Notes: generated by a model not told the origin, from the letters alone. A stretch of DNA of 55,877 nt from Candidatus Fraserbacteria bacterium (GCA_037442925.1 JBBIPG010000006.1:1-55877), one strand, 5' to 3'. Numbered from the stretch's first letter, positions 33,678-43,288 are shown. Translations and numbers: made by a program.

Positions 33678-34568
33678 ATGAAGACATACCAAGAGATCGC
33701 CGGCGACGGCGGGTCGAACATTCTCAACCAAGTGAAGGAGCAGCAAATGCGCCTGCAAGCGCGCCTGGCGCAGATCACGCACAAGATCGCGATCATGAGC
33801 GGCAAGGGCGGCGTGGGCAAGAGCGTAGTTACAGTGAACTTGGCCTCGAGCTTAGCACTGCAGGGCCATAACGTGGGCGTTCTGGATGCGGACATCAACG
33901 GGCCTTCTGTTGCCAAGATGTTTGGAGTGCTGGGTCAGACCCTCAAGGTTGGCAAAAACGGAGTCGTCCCTGTCCTTGGACCCTTGGGGATCAAAATCAT
34001 CTCCATGGATCTCCTGCTGTCCCGAGATGAGGCGCCGGTGGTCTGGGATGCCCCAGCGCAGCAAGATCCCTTCGTCTGGCGTGGCACGATAGAAGTTAGC
34101 GCGCTTAGAGAATTTCTTACCGATACGGACTGGGGAAAATTAGATTTTCTTTTGATCGATCTCCCTCCGGGCCCAGAGCGGTTGCCCAATCTCCCTGGCC
34201 TGCTTCCCGAATTGCACACAATCGTCGTGACCATCCCCTCGGAGGTCGCGCAGCTCACGGTGAAGAGATCCATCGCTTTAGCCCAGCAGCTGAAGGCAAA
34301 GCTTCTGGGACTGATAGAGAACATGGCGGGCTATCTCTGCCAGAAGTGCGGCGCGTTAGGAGAGTTTTCCGGCGGTGCGGAGAATACCGCGAAGGCCCTG
34401 GGAGTGCCCCTCTTGGGGAAGATCCCCTTCGATCCGCGCATCGCTCGTTGTTCCGATCAGGGTGTCCCCTTTGTGATCGAGCATCAAGATACAGAGACCG
34501 CCAGCGTGTTCAAGCAAATGGCTCAGAAGATCAAAAGAAGTGTTGCTTCAGGGAGAAGTGAGCGATGA
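33678..34568 (+). CDS. mrp: Mrp/NBP35 (ApbC) Fe-S carrier ATPase
   Basis: 'SGKGGVGKS', 'LDADINGPS', 'DLPPG', 'ENMAGYLCQKCG'. Confidence 0.92.
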   Translation: MKTYQEIAGDGGSNILNQVKEQQMRLQARLAQITHKIAIMSGKGGVGKSVVTVNLASSLALQGHNVGVLDADINGPSVAKMFGVLGQTLKVGKNGVVPVLGPLGIKIISMDLLLSRDEAPVVWDAPAQQDPFVWRGTIEVSALREFLTDTDWGKLDFLLIDLPPGPERLPNLPGLLPELHTIVVTIPSEVAQLTVKRSIALAQQLKAKLLGLIENMAGYLCQKCGALGEFSGGAENTAKALGVPLLGKIPFDPRIARCSDQGVPFVIEHQDTETASVFKQMAQKIKRSVASGRSER

Positions 34569-34969
34569 AGTTCTTGTGTGTGATGTGCGATGAAGCTATG
34601 AAGTTCGTGGCAGCGGAAGGCCCAGAGGAGGGCTCGCTCTCTGTCATCTTTCGTTGTCCGCGCTGCAGTCATAAAGTTGCCCTTCTGACCAATCCCTGGG
34701 AGACCCAATTGGTTCGCAGTTTGGGGGTGGTGATCGGTGGGCGGACGGTTTCCCCAGAGTCTTTGGAGTTAGTCCGGACGACCCTGGCCGACAGCAAGCT
34801 TCTTTGGACGGAGGAAGCAGAGCAGCGCCTAGAGCGGGTGCCCGAGTTCGCCCGGCCCAGGGCGCGCCACAGCATCGAGCGCTATGCCCGAGAGCATGGC
34901 TATCGCGAGATCACTATGCACGTGGTGGATGAGGCGAGAAAAGCCATCGAGATACCAGGAATAACGTGA
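34565..34969 (+). CDS. CxxC...CxxC protein with a C-terminal PCP_red (BchB C-terminal-like) domain
   Basis: CVMC and CPRC; 'WTEEAEQRLERVPEFAR......IERYARE.G...IT'. Confidence 0.8.
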   Translation: MKFLCVMCDEAMKFVAAEGPEEGSLSVIFRCPRCSHKVALLTNPWETQLVRSLGVVIGGRTVSPESLELVRTTLADSKLLWTEEAEQRLERVPEFARPRARHSIERYAREHGYREITMHVVDEARKAIEIPGIT

Positions 34970-34981
34970 GAGGTGATTGAG

Positions 34982-37033
34982 ATGGGATTCAGAAGCAAGC
35001 ACGGCTTGAAGATGCTTTTCACCCTTTTGATCGCAGCGTTATCTGCTTTGCAAGTTAATCAGGCAAGTACGCAACACATTATAGTAGAATGGACTCAGAT
35101 GCCTAGTCCCCCAGCCGGTGGGGCCTGGTCCATCTCTATAAGCCCCTCACATCCTGAGGTCCTCTATGCAGCCACCCGTGATGCCAACGTCTGGAAGAGC
35201 ACTAACGCTGGGCAAGCATGGCAACAGCTGGGGGAAAGGGGGTTCGGCGCCCACATCTTCGCCAACATCGCCATTCATCCCCGTGATCCCGAGGTAATCT
35301 ACGCGAGCAATGGGCTGCTCCACAAATCGACCGACGGTGGGAAGACCTGGCGGTCCCTAGGGATCGGCAGTGGGGAGTCTATGGGAGTAATATCGATCGC
35401 TTTTGCCCCATCTAACCCTCAAATCATCTATGCCGGTGACGACCTAGGACTAGCCTTCAAGTCAAGTGATGGGGGATTGAGCTGGAAAGCGTTTCCCGTA
35501 ACTCAGGCACCTGTCATAGAGCTCGTCGTCGATTCAGCTAATCCCGATGTAGCATATGCTGGTACGGGAGCCGGAGGGGTCTTCAAAACCACCGATGGAG
35601 GCCGAAGTTGGACTCGCGTCTTCAGCCAACCCATCTCTAGCGAACCTCAGGGACGACGCAGTCTGGTGATAGACCCCGCAGATCCCCGACATCTCTACGT
35701 GGGCACCCCCTCCGGAATCTATGAGAGCCGGGACAGCGGCATGGAGTGGCAACGCCTCTCCACGGCTCCTCGTGACCCTCTGAGCCTGGTCATCGCCTCC
35801 TCCCGGACCCTTTATGCCTCGACGGAGGAGGGAGAGGTCTTCAAGAGCACCGACGGGGGTCGGACCTGGCAGTCGACCGGCTACCAGCCAGCGCGCTGGG
35901 GGAGCGATCCCTATCTCGCCGTCCACCCCAATGATCCAGACGTGGTGTATGTGGGCTCTACGAAAGGGTTTGCGAAAAGTATTGATGGGGGCAGAACTTG
36001 GACCACCATCAATGAAGGGTTTGCCGTGGACGACTTCTTCACCTTGGCTCTAGATCCGCTCGATCCTGACACCATCTATGCTGGCCTCTTCTGGACTATG
36101 GGAATGTATGAATCCACGGACGGGGGCCGGAATTGGGCGTGGTTACCAGAGTATATGCACTCCCAAGGGGGGCACGAGCACTACCCAATGCAGATTGCGA
36201 TCGACCCCAGAAACCCTCAGATCGTCTACGTAACTGGAGCCTACGGCCTGAGGAAGACAACGGACAGGGGCAGAACGTGGCAAGACGTGCGCGGGCCGTT
36301 CTTTGGCCATCACGTGCATGGGCTGGCTCTGAGCCCCACGGATCCGGATGTGCTCTACGTGGGTAGTGCCCCCGGGGAGACCAGCCTGCCGGGTTCGCAT
36401 CTTTACCAGAGCAGGGACGCTGGACGTACCTGGGCAGAACTCGATCAACCTCTTCGCGAACGCGACGTCAACTTCTATCAGATCGCGGTGGCCCCCTCCG
36501 ATCCCCGCGTGATCTATGTGGCTGTGAACTCTCATGCTTTCGTGCTCCCTCATGAACATCCAGGGCGTGGCGGGGTGCTCAAGAGCACGGACGGTGGCCA
36601 GACCTGGGTCCTTGTGAATAATGGCTTAAGAAAACCGGAGGTCTTCGCCGTAGCTGTGGATCCCCGCCAGGCTGAGATCGCCTACGCCGGCACGGATGAA
36701 GGCCTCTACAAGACGACCGATGGGAGCCGCAACTGGCAGAGGCTGGAGGGGCTCCCTAGGGATGCCGTCCATGCTATAGCGCTTCATCCAACCAACCCGG
36801 ACATGATTGCAGTGGCCTTTGGGGAGAACCAGTGTGGGGGCTGCTGGACGAGCCCCAGTGGCCAAGGGATCTACCTCAGTAGGGATGGTGGGGGCAGCTG
36901 GGCGTGGGTCACTCCAGGGTTCACCCAAAGACAACAGGTGGTGCTGGACGTCGTCTATAGTCCCCAGGGCGTTCTTTATGCTGGTACGGACGACGGTTTC
37001 TTCAAAGGGATTCTGCGGAAGGAGGGAAGATAG
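34982..37033 (+). CDS. Exported BNR/Asp-box (VPS10-like) beta-propeller protein
   Basis: More than 10 S/T-x-D-G-G-x-T/S-W repeats and a signal peptide; start set at the ATG behind GAGGTG. Confidence 0.88.
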   Translation: MGFRSKHGLKMLFTLLIAALSALQVNQASTQHIIVEWTQMPSPPAGGAWSISISPSHPEVLYAATRDANVWKSTNAGQAWQQLGERGFGAHIFANIAIHPRDPEVIYASNGLLHKSTDGGKTWRSLGIGSGESMGVISIAFAPSNPQIIYAGDDLGLAFKSSDGGLSWKAFPVTQAPVIELVVDSANPDVAYAGTGAGGVFKTTDGGRSWTRVFSQPISSEPQGRRSLVIDPADPRHLYVGTPSGIYESRDSGMEWQRLSTAPRDPLSLVIASSRTLYASTEEGEVFKSTDGGRTWQSTGYQPARWGSDPYLAVHPNDPDVVYVGSTKGFAKSIDGGRTWTTINEGFAVDDFFTLALDPLDPDTIYAGLFWTMGMYESTDGGRNWAWLPEYMHSQGGHEHYPMQIAIDPRNPQIVYVTGAYGLRKTTDRGRTWQDVRGPFFGHHVHGLALSPTDPDVLYVGSAPGETSLPGSHLYQSRDAGRTWAELDQPLRERDVNFYQIAVAPSDPRVIYVAVNSHAFVLPHEHPGRGGVLKSTDGGQTWVLVNNGLRKPEVFAVAVDPRQAEIAYAGTDEGLYKTTDGSRNWQRLEGLPRDAVHAIALHPTNPDMIAVAFGENQCGGCWTSPSGQGIYLSRDGGGSWAWVTPGFTQRQQVVLDVVYSPQGVLYAGTDDGFFKGILRKEGR

Positions 37034-37054
37034 CACATTCTGGACACGAGGCAG

Positions 37055-38335
37055 TTGAATCGTCGGGCGTTCCAACTGACCATCGTCTCCTGGAACGTCA
37101 CACAAGCCTGTAATCTGCGCTGCTCTCATTGTTACTTAGCAGCTGGAACGCCTGCTCCGCGTGAGTTGTCAACGGAAGAGGGTTTTTCATTGATTAAGCA
37201 GCTTAGGGCTCTGGGGACACAACTTCTGATTCTGACCGGAGGCGAGCCCCTGCTGCGCCGCGATCTAGTTGCGCTGGCCTACCATGCTTCGGAACGCGGC
37301 TTGATGGTTGTGCTGGGCACCAACGGGACCCTTCTCAACGAGAAGACGGCCCAGAAGCTCAGAGCAAGCGGCGTGCAGGGCGTGGGGATCAGCTTAGACT
37401 CCCTCGATCCCCAAAAGCACGACACCTTCCGGGGGCTCACGGGTGCTTGGAAGAAAGCCGTGCGCGCCATCGAAGCGTGCGGCAAACAGAGCTTGGAAGT
37501 GGCTGTGCAGACGAGCGTGCTGCCCATGAACTATGAAGAGATTCCCCGGCTCATCGACTTCGCTTATGAGAAGGGCGCGCGGGCGTTTAACGCGTATTTT
37601 CTTGTCTGCACCGGCCGTGGAGAAAAGCTCACGGACATTACGCCCCAGCAATACGAAGCGTTGCTCGAATATCTGATAGACACGCAAGCGCGATATTCGC
37701 ATGAGAAGCGAAACTTCCTCGTGCGGGCCAAGTGTGCCCCGCACGTCAAGCGCTTGGCATACGAACGCTTGAACAGCGATAACTCACCTCTAGCAGGGGC
37801 CGTGGGGCTTCTGGCCAGCGTCGGCTGCCCCGCGGGCACCAGTTATTTGAGAATTGGGCCCGAGGGCGATGTCACCCCTTGCCCCTATTTGCCGTTCGTG
37901 TTGGGCAACGTACGCCGAGATTCGTTGTCTCAGATCTGGGGAAGCTCAGAGATCTTGCAGAAGTTGAGGGCTCTGGAGCTCTATGGTCGCTGCGGGACCT
38001 GTGACTTCAAGGAGCTGTGCGTCGGCTGTCGCGCACGGGCCTTCGCGTTGACGGGCAATTTACTGGGTGAAGATCCCTGGTGTACGTATCAACCGGCAGG
38101 CAACACCCAACTTGCAAGTCAGCAAACTGTGGCGTGGTCTCAAGAGGCACTGGCGCGTTTAGAAGGAATTCCATCATTCGTTCGCCAGCGCGTTAAGCAA
38201 GCAACGGAGGAGTATGCACGGGCTCGCGGATTCTCGCGGATCACTCCGGAGCTTTTGACGGAGTTGCGGGCCACTTCTCTTAAAAGAACAGTTGCCCAAG
38301 AGTTGTCAGAGAGAGGAGGAGATGGGCGTGTATAA
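37055..38335 (+). CDS. Radical SAM/SPASM enzyme (NirJ/AhbC/AhbD-like) with a C-terminal PCP_red domain
   Basis: CNLRCSHC, TGGEPLLR, 'LVCTGRG', SPASM Cys cluster 'CGTCDFKELCVGCRARA...EDPWC', C-terminal 'WSQEALARLEGIPSFVR'. Confidence 0.9.
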   Translation: MNRRAFQLTIVSWNVTQACNLRCSHCYLAAGTPAPRELSTEEGFSLIKQLRALGTQLLILTGGEPLLRRDLVALAYHASERGLMVVLGTNGTLLNEKTAQKLRASGVQGVGISLDSLDPQKHDTFRGLTGAWKKAVRAIEACGKQSLEVAVQTSVLPMNYEEIPRLIDFAYEKGARAFNAYFLVCTGRGEKLTDITPQQYEALLEYLIDTQARYSHEKRNFLVRAKCAPHVKRLAYERLNSDNSPLAGAVGLLASVGCPAGTSYLRIGPEGDVTPCPYLPFVLGNVRRDSLSQIWGSSEILQKLRALELYGRCGTCDFKELCVGCRARAFALTGNLLGEDPWCTYQPAGNTQLASQQTVAWSQEALARLEGIPSFVRQRVKQATEEYARARGFSRITPELLTELRATSLKRTVAQELSERGGDGRV

Positions 38336-39344
38336 GCATCTTCTGGTGGCCATCGACAATTCGAGATATGCCGAGCAGGCTGCTGTCTTGGCTGTGGAAC
38401 TGGCACGCGCATGTAAGGCGCATCTCACCGGCGTGCACGTGACCAACGCTGGACTGCATACATACGCCTTTCACCTATTGGAAGGCACCCTGCCCGAGCG
38501 CTACCAGAGCGAAGAAGTCTTGCAACAGCAACGGGAGATTCACGAGGATCTGATCCGGCGAGGGCTCTCCCTCATTAGTGACTCGTATTTAGCGCAGCTG
38601 CGAAGACGGGCTGAGGCTACCGAAGTCCCCTGTGTGACGAAGGTCTTAGAGGGTCGGCACTACGAGGTGCTCTCCCGAGAAATCATGGAAGCGGAGTATG
38701 ATCTAGCCGTCTTCGGACAACTGGGTTTAGGTGCTTGTGGACGTTCAGCGCTCGGTGGTACCGTCGAGCGCGTGGCCCGGCGCATCCGAAAGGATCTGCT
38801 AGTCGTGAATTCGAAGGTCAAGCGAAGCTCCCTCGAGGACGGGAAAATCCTCGTCGCCGTGGACGGCTCAGAGTGCTCCTTTTGGGCATTGCGTAAAGCG
38901 ATCGTCTTAGCGAAGAGATTCCAAGCTCAGCTACACGCAGTGCACGTCTTCGATCCGGATTTTCACCGTACGATCTTTGCTGAATTAGTAGGGGTGCTAA
39001 GCAAGGAAGCCGCGGAAGTCTTCGATTCTGAAGGCCAACAGGAACTCCACGACAAAGTAATCGACAAGGGGTTGGAACAGGTCGGGCAAAGATGCTTGCG
39101 CAGTTGTGAGTTGGCGGCGGAGCACGGCGATATCCCAATTCTGACGATGCTTTTGCGCGGTAAATTCTTCGAAAAGATCGTGGAGGCGGCTGAAGTTCTG
39201 GAGCCATCGCTGGTCGTCGTGGGAATGTGGGGTCGACACGCACTAGGACCGCAGCCTCAATTGGGCAGCACCGCGGAGAACGTGTTGCGCCTAGCGCCTT
39301 GTAGCGTGTTGATTGTTAGCACCGATGTGTCGGACAGGCGGTGA
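38322..39344 (+). CDS. Tandem universal stress protein
   Basis: Two USP domains ('LLVAIDNS', 'ILVAVDGSECS', 'LGSTAENVLRLAPCSVLIV'); ATG behind GGAGG. Confidence 0.9.
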   Translation: MGVYKHLLVAIDNSRYAEQAAVLAVELARACKAHLTGVHVTNAGLHTYAFHLLEGTLPERYQSEEVLQQQREIHEDLIRRGLSLISDSYLAQLRRRAEATEVPCVTKVLEGRHYEVLSREIMEAEYDLAVFGQLGLGACGRSALGGTVERVARRIRKDLLVVNSKVKRSSLEDGKILVAVDGSECSFWALRKAIVLAKRFQAQLHAVHVFDPDFHRTIFAELVGVLSKEAAEVFDSEGQQELHDKVIDKGLEQVGQRCLRSCELAAEHGDIPILTMLLRGKFFEKIVEAAEVLEPSLVVVGMWGRHALGPQPQLGSTAENVLRLAPCSVLIVSTDVSDRR

Positions 39345-39393
39345 AAGAGCTCCTACCGGAGAAGATGTGGCGCAAGATGCTCAAGGAGGAGTC

Positions 39394-40068
39394 ATGATTG
39401 CAGTCAATGCCCTAGAGCAGCGAGTAGAGCTAGTTAGTACCAATCAACGGAAATCCTGGCCCTTAGTAAAACTTCCGGTAAAGTTCGTCGAGTGGCAAAT
39501 TCAAAGCCGCCGGGAACTGTTCGACAAACTCTTGCGCAGGGAACAGGTGCGTTTTTTGGCAAGCCATCTGCCTGTGCTGGCAACACTCAACGCCAATGGG
39601 GTTATTAACCTGGCCAACAAGGGTGTGGGGCTTGTACCCAAAGAGGAACACCTAACGCACTACATTGGATTGTTCAGGTACATGCTCTCTGAGGGTCGAA
39701 GTCGGCCTTGGGATGAAACGCTGGAAGTGCGCGTTGAGGTCGCGAGCGAACTACTCGAACACCCCGAGCACATTGACCCGTATCGGCTGGGCTCGCTGGA
39801 GATCTTCGAAGGCCAGACTTTTCAAAATATACAAGAAAACCCACAGGTGGCGTTGCTGTTTACCGGTGCGGGGCCGGAGCATCTAAGTTTTCAGCTTGAC
39901 AGTATCGCTCAAATTTTGAAACCTGGCCAGCAGGTCTACGAGTTCCTGCAGCTGAGCCGTTTGCTCTTTGAATACGAGCGCTTCCACATCGCTCAACCCG
40001 CGTATCCATGGGCCTATCAGCTCTGGGTACATGGGGTGCAGGAGAAGACACCACATCGAAGAACCTAA
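39394..40068 (+). CDS. Hypothetical protein, possibly a pyridoxamine-oxidase-like FMN split barrel
   Basis: 'QTFQNIQENPQVALLF' resembles PNPOx-family motifs; AAGGAGG RBS. Confidence 0.6.
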   Translation: MIAVNALEQRVELVSTNQRKSWPLVKLPVKFVEWQIQSRRELFDKLLRREQVRFLASHLPVLATLNANGVINLANKGVGLVPKEEHLTHYIGLFRYMLSEGRSRPWDETLEVRVEVASELLEHPEHIDPYRLGSLEIFEGQTFQNIQENPQVALLFTGAGPEHLSFQLDSIAQILKPGQQVYEFLQLSRLLFEYERFHIAQPAYPWAYQLWVHGVQEKTPHRRT

Positions 40069-40156
40069 GACCTCACTCTCTCTCGAGAGCTTTAGAGAAC
40101 ACTCGTCACAGGACCAAAAGCCCAGTATGTCCGCTTGGCTCTCGCGGGGGGCACTG

Positions 40157-40423
40157 TTAATTCTCCATGCCTAGTTCCTTCTTGATTGCCGTCTTGGCCG
40201 TCGGGTTCGCTTTCAGGCATTTGTCCAATGCCTTGGCGATTGCCTCGTCTCGGAAGCCACAAGCGGAGAAGAAGGCATCGCGGGCTGCCATCTTCAAGTC
40301 CTTGATACACGTTGCCTGTGCTTTTTGGATCAGACAGTATTTCAAGATGCTGTCTCCATAAGTTGTGCCGATCGTTGCCCACCATTCTTCAAAGCGTTGC
40401 TCGAGAGTGGTTTTCTTGGCCAT
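40157..40423 (-). CDS. Small hypothetical protein (88 aa), paralog of the 25.3-kb remnant
   Basis: Intact ORF MAKKTTLEQRF...; mostly synonymous divergence from the second copy supports coding status. Confidence 0.7.
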   Translation of the reverse strand: MAKKTTLEQRFEEWWATIGTTYGDSILKYCLIQKAQATCIKDLKMAARDAFFSACGFRDEAIAKALDKCLKANPTAKTAIKKELGMEN

Positions 40424-40520
40424 TCGAATCACCCAAGAAGATTCTAGCACCTTGAGGTGCGGCAAACCTACTCTTCTTGTTTCTCCATCCTCGTTTACTT
40501 AAGATGGAGCATCAAGAGGG

Positions 40521-41954
40521 GTGAACAAGAGCTCTATGCACTCGAAGCTGCGTGCCATCCGTCTAGTGGCCTTTGTTATCGCCTGCGTCGCTTGGTTGGG
40601 ACTCACCGCCACAGCCGTCGTACCATCTTCGCTTGCTGATCTCGTCCAAGAGTTCGATGAATACTTGGCCTATGAGTACACGAAGACTCTCTCTACTCAA
40701 TTCGATGGCCGAAGAGCCGGAACGGCTGGGGGCAATGCCTCAGCGCGATTTGTCGCGGCGGCCTTCCAGCTGATGGGGTTACAGCCCGCCGGCGATAACG
40801 GGACCTACTTCCAGAATTTCGAGATGCCCTTTCTGGAACTGGCAGAAACACCGAAACTCACCCTGCTGGATGACGCGGGACAGACAGTGAAAGACTTCCA
40901 GCACCGCGTCGACTTTCGCGAGTTCATCTTTGGCAATGCGGGACCCGGCCAAGCGGAAGCCGAAGTCGTCTATGTGGGCAGCGGAAGTCGGGATGAACTC
41001 TCCTCTGTCCCCCTTGCCGGAAAGATCGCGCTTGTCGTGCCACCCGCCGGCACCAACATCAATGCATCGGCCGTCGTCACGGAGGCGATGAATCAAGGCG
41101 CGGTAGCCGCTCTCATTCTCGCTTCCAGCGATGCCAGCGTGCAGATCAAGTCCTCGTATGTGATCAATCTCACACCCCACGCCATCCCTGCCATGCGGCT
41201 CACTCGCGCTGCAATCCATGCTCTGCTGGAGAGAAGCGGAGAGACCGTCGATACCGTCCGCAGCCGACCACCCTACGCGCTGGGGATACGTGTGTATCTA
41301 TCTATCGTGCTTCAGCCCATTGTGACGGTCACCGTGAGCAACGTGTTGGGTCTATTGCCGGGAAGAGATCCGACTCGTAAGAACAGAGTCGTGATCATAG
41401 GAGGTCATTACGACCACGTAGGGCGTGATCCCAATGGCACCGTCTTTCCCGGAGCGAATGACAATGCTTCTGGGACAGCTGTTACCATGGCCATTGCGAA
41501 GCTCTTCACATCTCAAGGAGTCAGGCCCAAAGCTTCGATTCTCTTTGTGGCGTGGGGAGCGGAAGAGGCCGGACTCGTGGGCTCCAGCTATTATGTCGAT
41601 CACCCCAAATTTCCTCTGAGCGACACGATCGCGTCACTCGTGCTGGACGTGGTGGGCCGAGGCGAGGGCCAGAGCGTCGAGGTAGAAGGAGATCCTGATT
41701 CGCTGCTTAGGGAGATCCGCCTCAGTGCATCGAGTTTGAAGTTGTCAGCGAATGTGGAGAATGGCGGAGGCGGCTCGGATCATGGGCCGTTCTTAGAGGC
41801 CAACGTCCCCGCGGCCCTATTCATCTGGGAAGGCAGTGTTCCGACTATCCACCGCCCAGATGACGCCATCGACAAGATCGATCCCGCAAAGCTGCGCCAG
41901 ACCGGGATGCTGGTCGCTTTGACCGCGTTGAACTTGGCAGGAATCGAACCCTGA
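40521..41954 (+). CDS. Exported M28 family aminopeptidase with a PA domain
   Basis: 'GHYDH', 'GANDNASG', 'AEEAGLVGS', 'SDH', 'HRPDD'. Confidence 0.93.
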   Translation: MNKSSMHSKLRAIRLVAFVIACVAWLGLTATAVVPSSLADLVQEFDEYLAYEYTKTLSTQFDGRRAGTAGGNASARFVAAAFQLMGLQPAGDNGTYFQNFEMPFLELAETPKLTLLDDAGQTVKDFQHRVDFREFIFGNAGPGQAEAEVVYVGSGSRDELSSVPLAGKIALVVPPAGTNINASAVVTEAMNQGAVAALILASSDASVQIKSSYVINLTPHAIPAMRLTRAAIHALLERSGETVDTVRSRPPYALGIRVYLSIVLQPIVTVTVSNVLGLLPGRDPTRKNRVVIIGGHYDHVGRDPNGTVFPGANDNASGTAVTMAIAKLFTSQGVRPKASILFVAWGAEEAGLVGSSYYVDHPKFPLSDTIASLVLDVVGRGEGQSVEVEGDPDSLLREIRLSASSLKLSANVENGGGGSDHGPFLEANVPAALFIWEGSVPTIHRPDDAIDKIDPAKLRQTGMLVALTALNLAGIEP

Positions 41955-41964
41955 ACGTGGGACG

Positions 41965-42498
41965 ATGAAAAAACTTCGGCCGCGTGAGCTGCGCAAGCGC
42001 ACGCCGACTCCAGAAGAAGTTGCGGAGATCCCTCGTCAGCCACTGATCTTTGTGTTGGACAACGTGCTGGATACCTTCAACGTCGGAGCGATGTTTCGCT
42101 TGGCAGATGGAGTAGCCGCTCGAAAAGTCTATCTGTGTGATCAGACGACGACACCGCCAAACTCGCGCATCCACAAATCCGCCGTCGGGACGGAAGCGTG
42201 GGTGCCCTGGGAGTATCGCGCCAGCACGGCGGAGGTGATCGCAGAGCTTCGGGAGTCGGAGCCAGAATGGAAGATCATCGCCATCGAGCAGTATCCAGGG
42301 AGTGTCCCCTATGATCGCTTTCGATCATCGCTACCGGCAGTTCTCATCGTCGGTCACGAGACGCGCGGGATCTCGCCGGAAGTGCTCCAGATGGCCGATA
42401 TGGTCGTGGAACTTCCGATGCTGGGTGTGACACGCTCACTCAATGTGGTGGCCAGCGCAGCCGTGGTCGCTTACAAACTGCTCGAACGTTCAGCTTAA
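41965..42498 (+). CDS. SpoU/TrmH family RNA methyltransferase
   Basis: 'NVGAMFR', 'VGHETRGI', 'LPMLG...SLNV'. Confidence 0.92.
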   Translation: MKKLRPRELRKRTPTPEEVAEIPRQPLIFVLDNVLDTFNVGAMFRLADGVAARKVYLCDQTTTPPNSRIHKSAVGTEAWVPWEYRASTAEVIAELRESEPEWKIIAIEQYPGSVPYDRFRSSLPAVLIVGHETRGISPEVLQMADMVVELPMLGVTRSLNVVASAAVVAYKLLERSA

Positions 42499-42512
42499 TA
42501 GAGCAGACAGGT

Positions 42513-42929
42513 CTAAAACTCGCACCAGCCCACGTGAAAACCGAGTGCCGCGGCCACCTTCAGTAGCGTGTATAGTTCTCCAATGGCTGGGTCAGACTGC
42601 AGCTCGGGACGGCGGATCAATAGATTGCGCAGTTTCTGAGACTTCATGAACGAGTTGTACTCTTCTTGAGTTACAGTGGGCAGTTGGTAGCCCAGTGCCT
42701 CCTCGAACGCCTGGCGGGTGCTACGAGCAATGCTGTTGCTTCGAACGGGTGTTCCTGCTGGCAATAATTCCTGGTCGCTCAATTCACTGATGTTGGGAGT
42801 GCCCCGGACGTGCTGAGGCTCTGTCACCTTTTGTCGGATGAGATGGGCATCGAAGTAGGGAGCCTGCACAAGTAAGTGTAGATCATGAGGTGTGTGATCC
42901 TTCTTGTGCATCATAAGAGCAAGCATCAT
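42513..42929 (-). CDS. Hypothetical protein
   Basis: 138-aa ORF with an AAGGAGG RBS, downstream of infA. Confidence 0.6.
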   Translation of the reverse strand: MMLALMMHKKDHTPHDLHLLVQAPYFDAHLIRQKVTEPQHVRGTPNISELSDQELLPAGTPVRSNSIARSTRQAFEEALGYQLPTVTQEEYNSFMKSQKLRNLLIRRPELQSDPAIGELYTLLKVAAALGFHVGWCEF

Positions 42930-42962
42930 AAGTCCTCCTTCTCTTCGTGCTTCCGCTGTCCT

Positions 42963-43184
42963 CTAGGCATGCCGATAGACGATGCGACCTTTACTGAGAT
43001 CGTAGGGAGACATCTCCACGGTCACACGATCTCCCGTAAGGATGCGGATATGGAAGCGACGCATTCGGCCTGCCGGGTAACAGAGGATCTCCGGCCCATC
43101 ATCCAGCTGTACCCGATACATCAAGTGATTGGGTGCGGAGACGACCCGTCCTTCGCGTGTGATCAAGTCATCCTGGTTACTCAC
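42963..43184 (-). CDS. infA: Translation initiation factor IF-1
   Basis: 'GRMRRFHIRILTGDRVTVEMSPYDLSKGRIVYR'; GTG start behind AAGGAG. Confidence 0.95.
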   Translation of the reverse strand: MSNQDDLITREGRVVSAPNHLMYRVQLDDGPEILCYPAGRMRRFHIRILTGDRVTVEMSPYDLSKGRIVYRHA

Positions 43185-43228
43185 GAGGATTGCTCCTTTC
43201 GTCTCGTCCGCCTCCGACGAGAAGGATG

Positions 43229-43261
43229 CCCCGGTAGGGGCACGAAGTCCCGCTACCGGGG
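43229..43261 (-). other. GC-rich hairpin between csp and infA
   Basis: CCCCGGTAG...CTACCGGGG; no clear U-tract. Confidence 0.5.
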
Positions 43262-43288
43262 TCGTTCTCAAGTATGGGTCGCCGTGAC

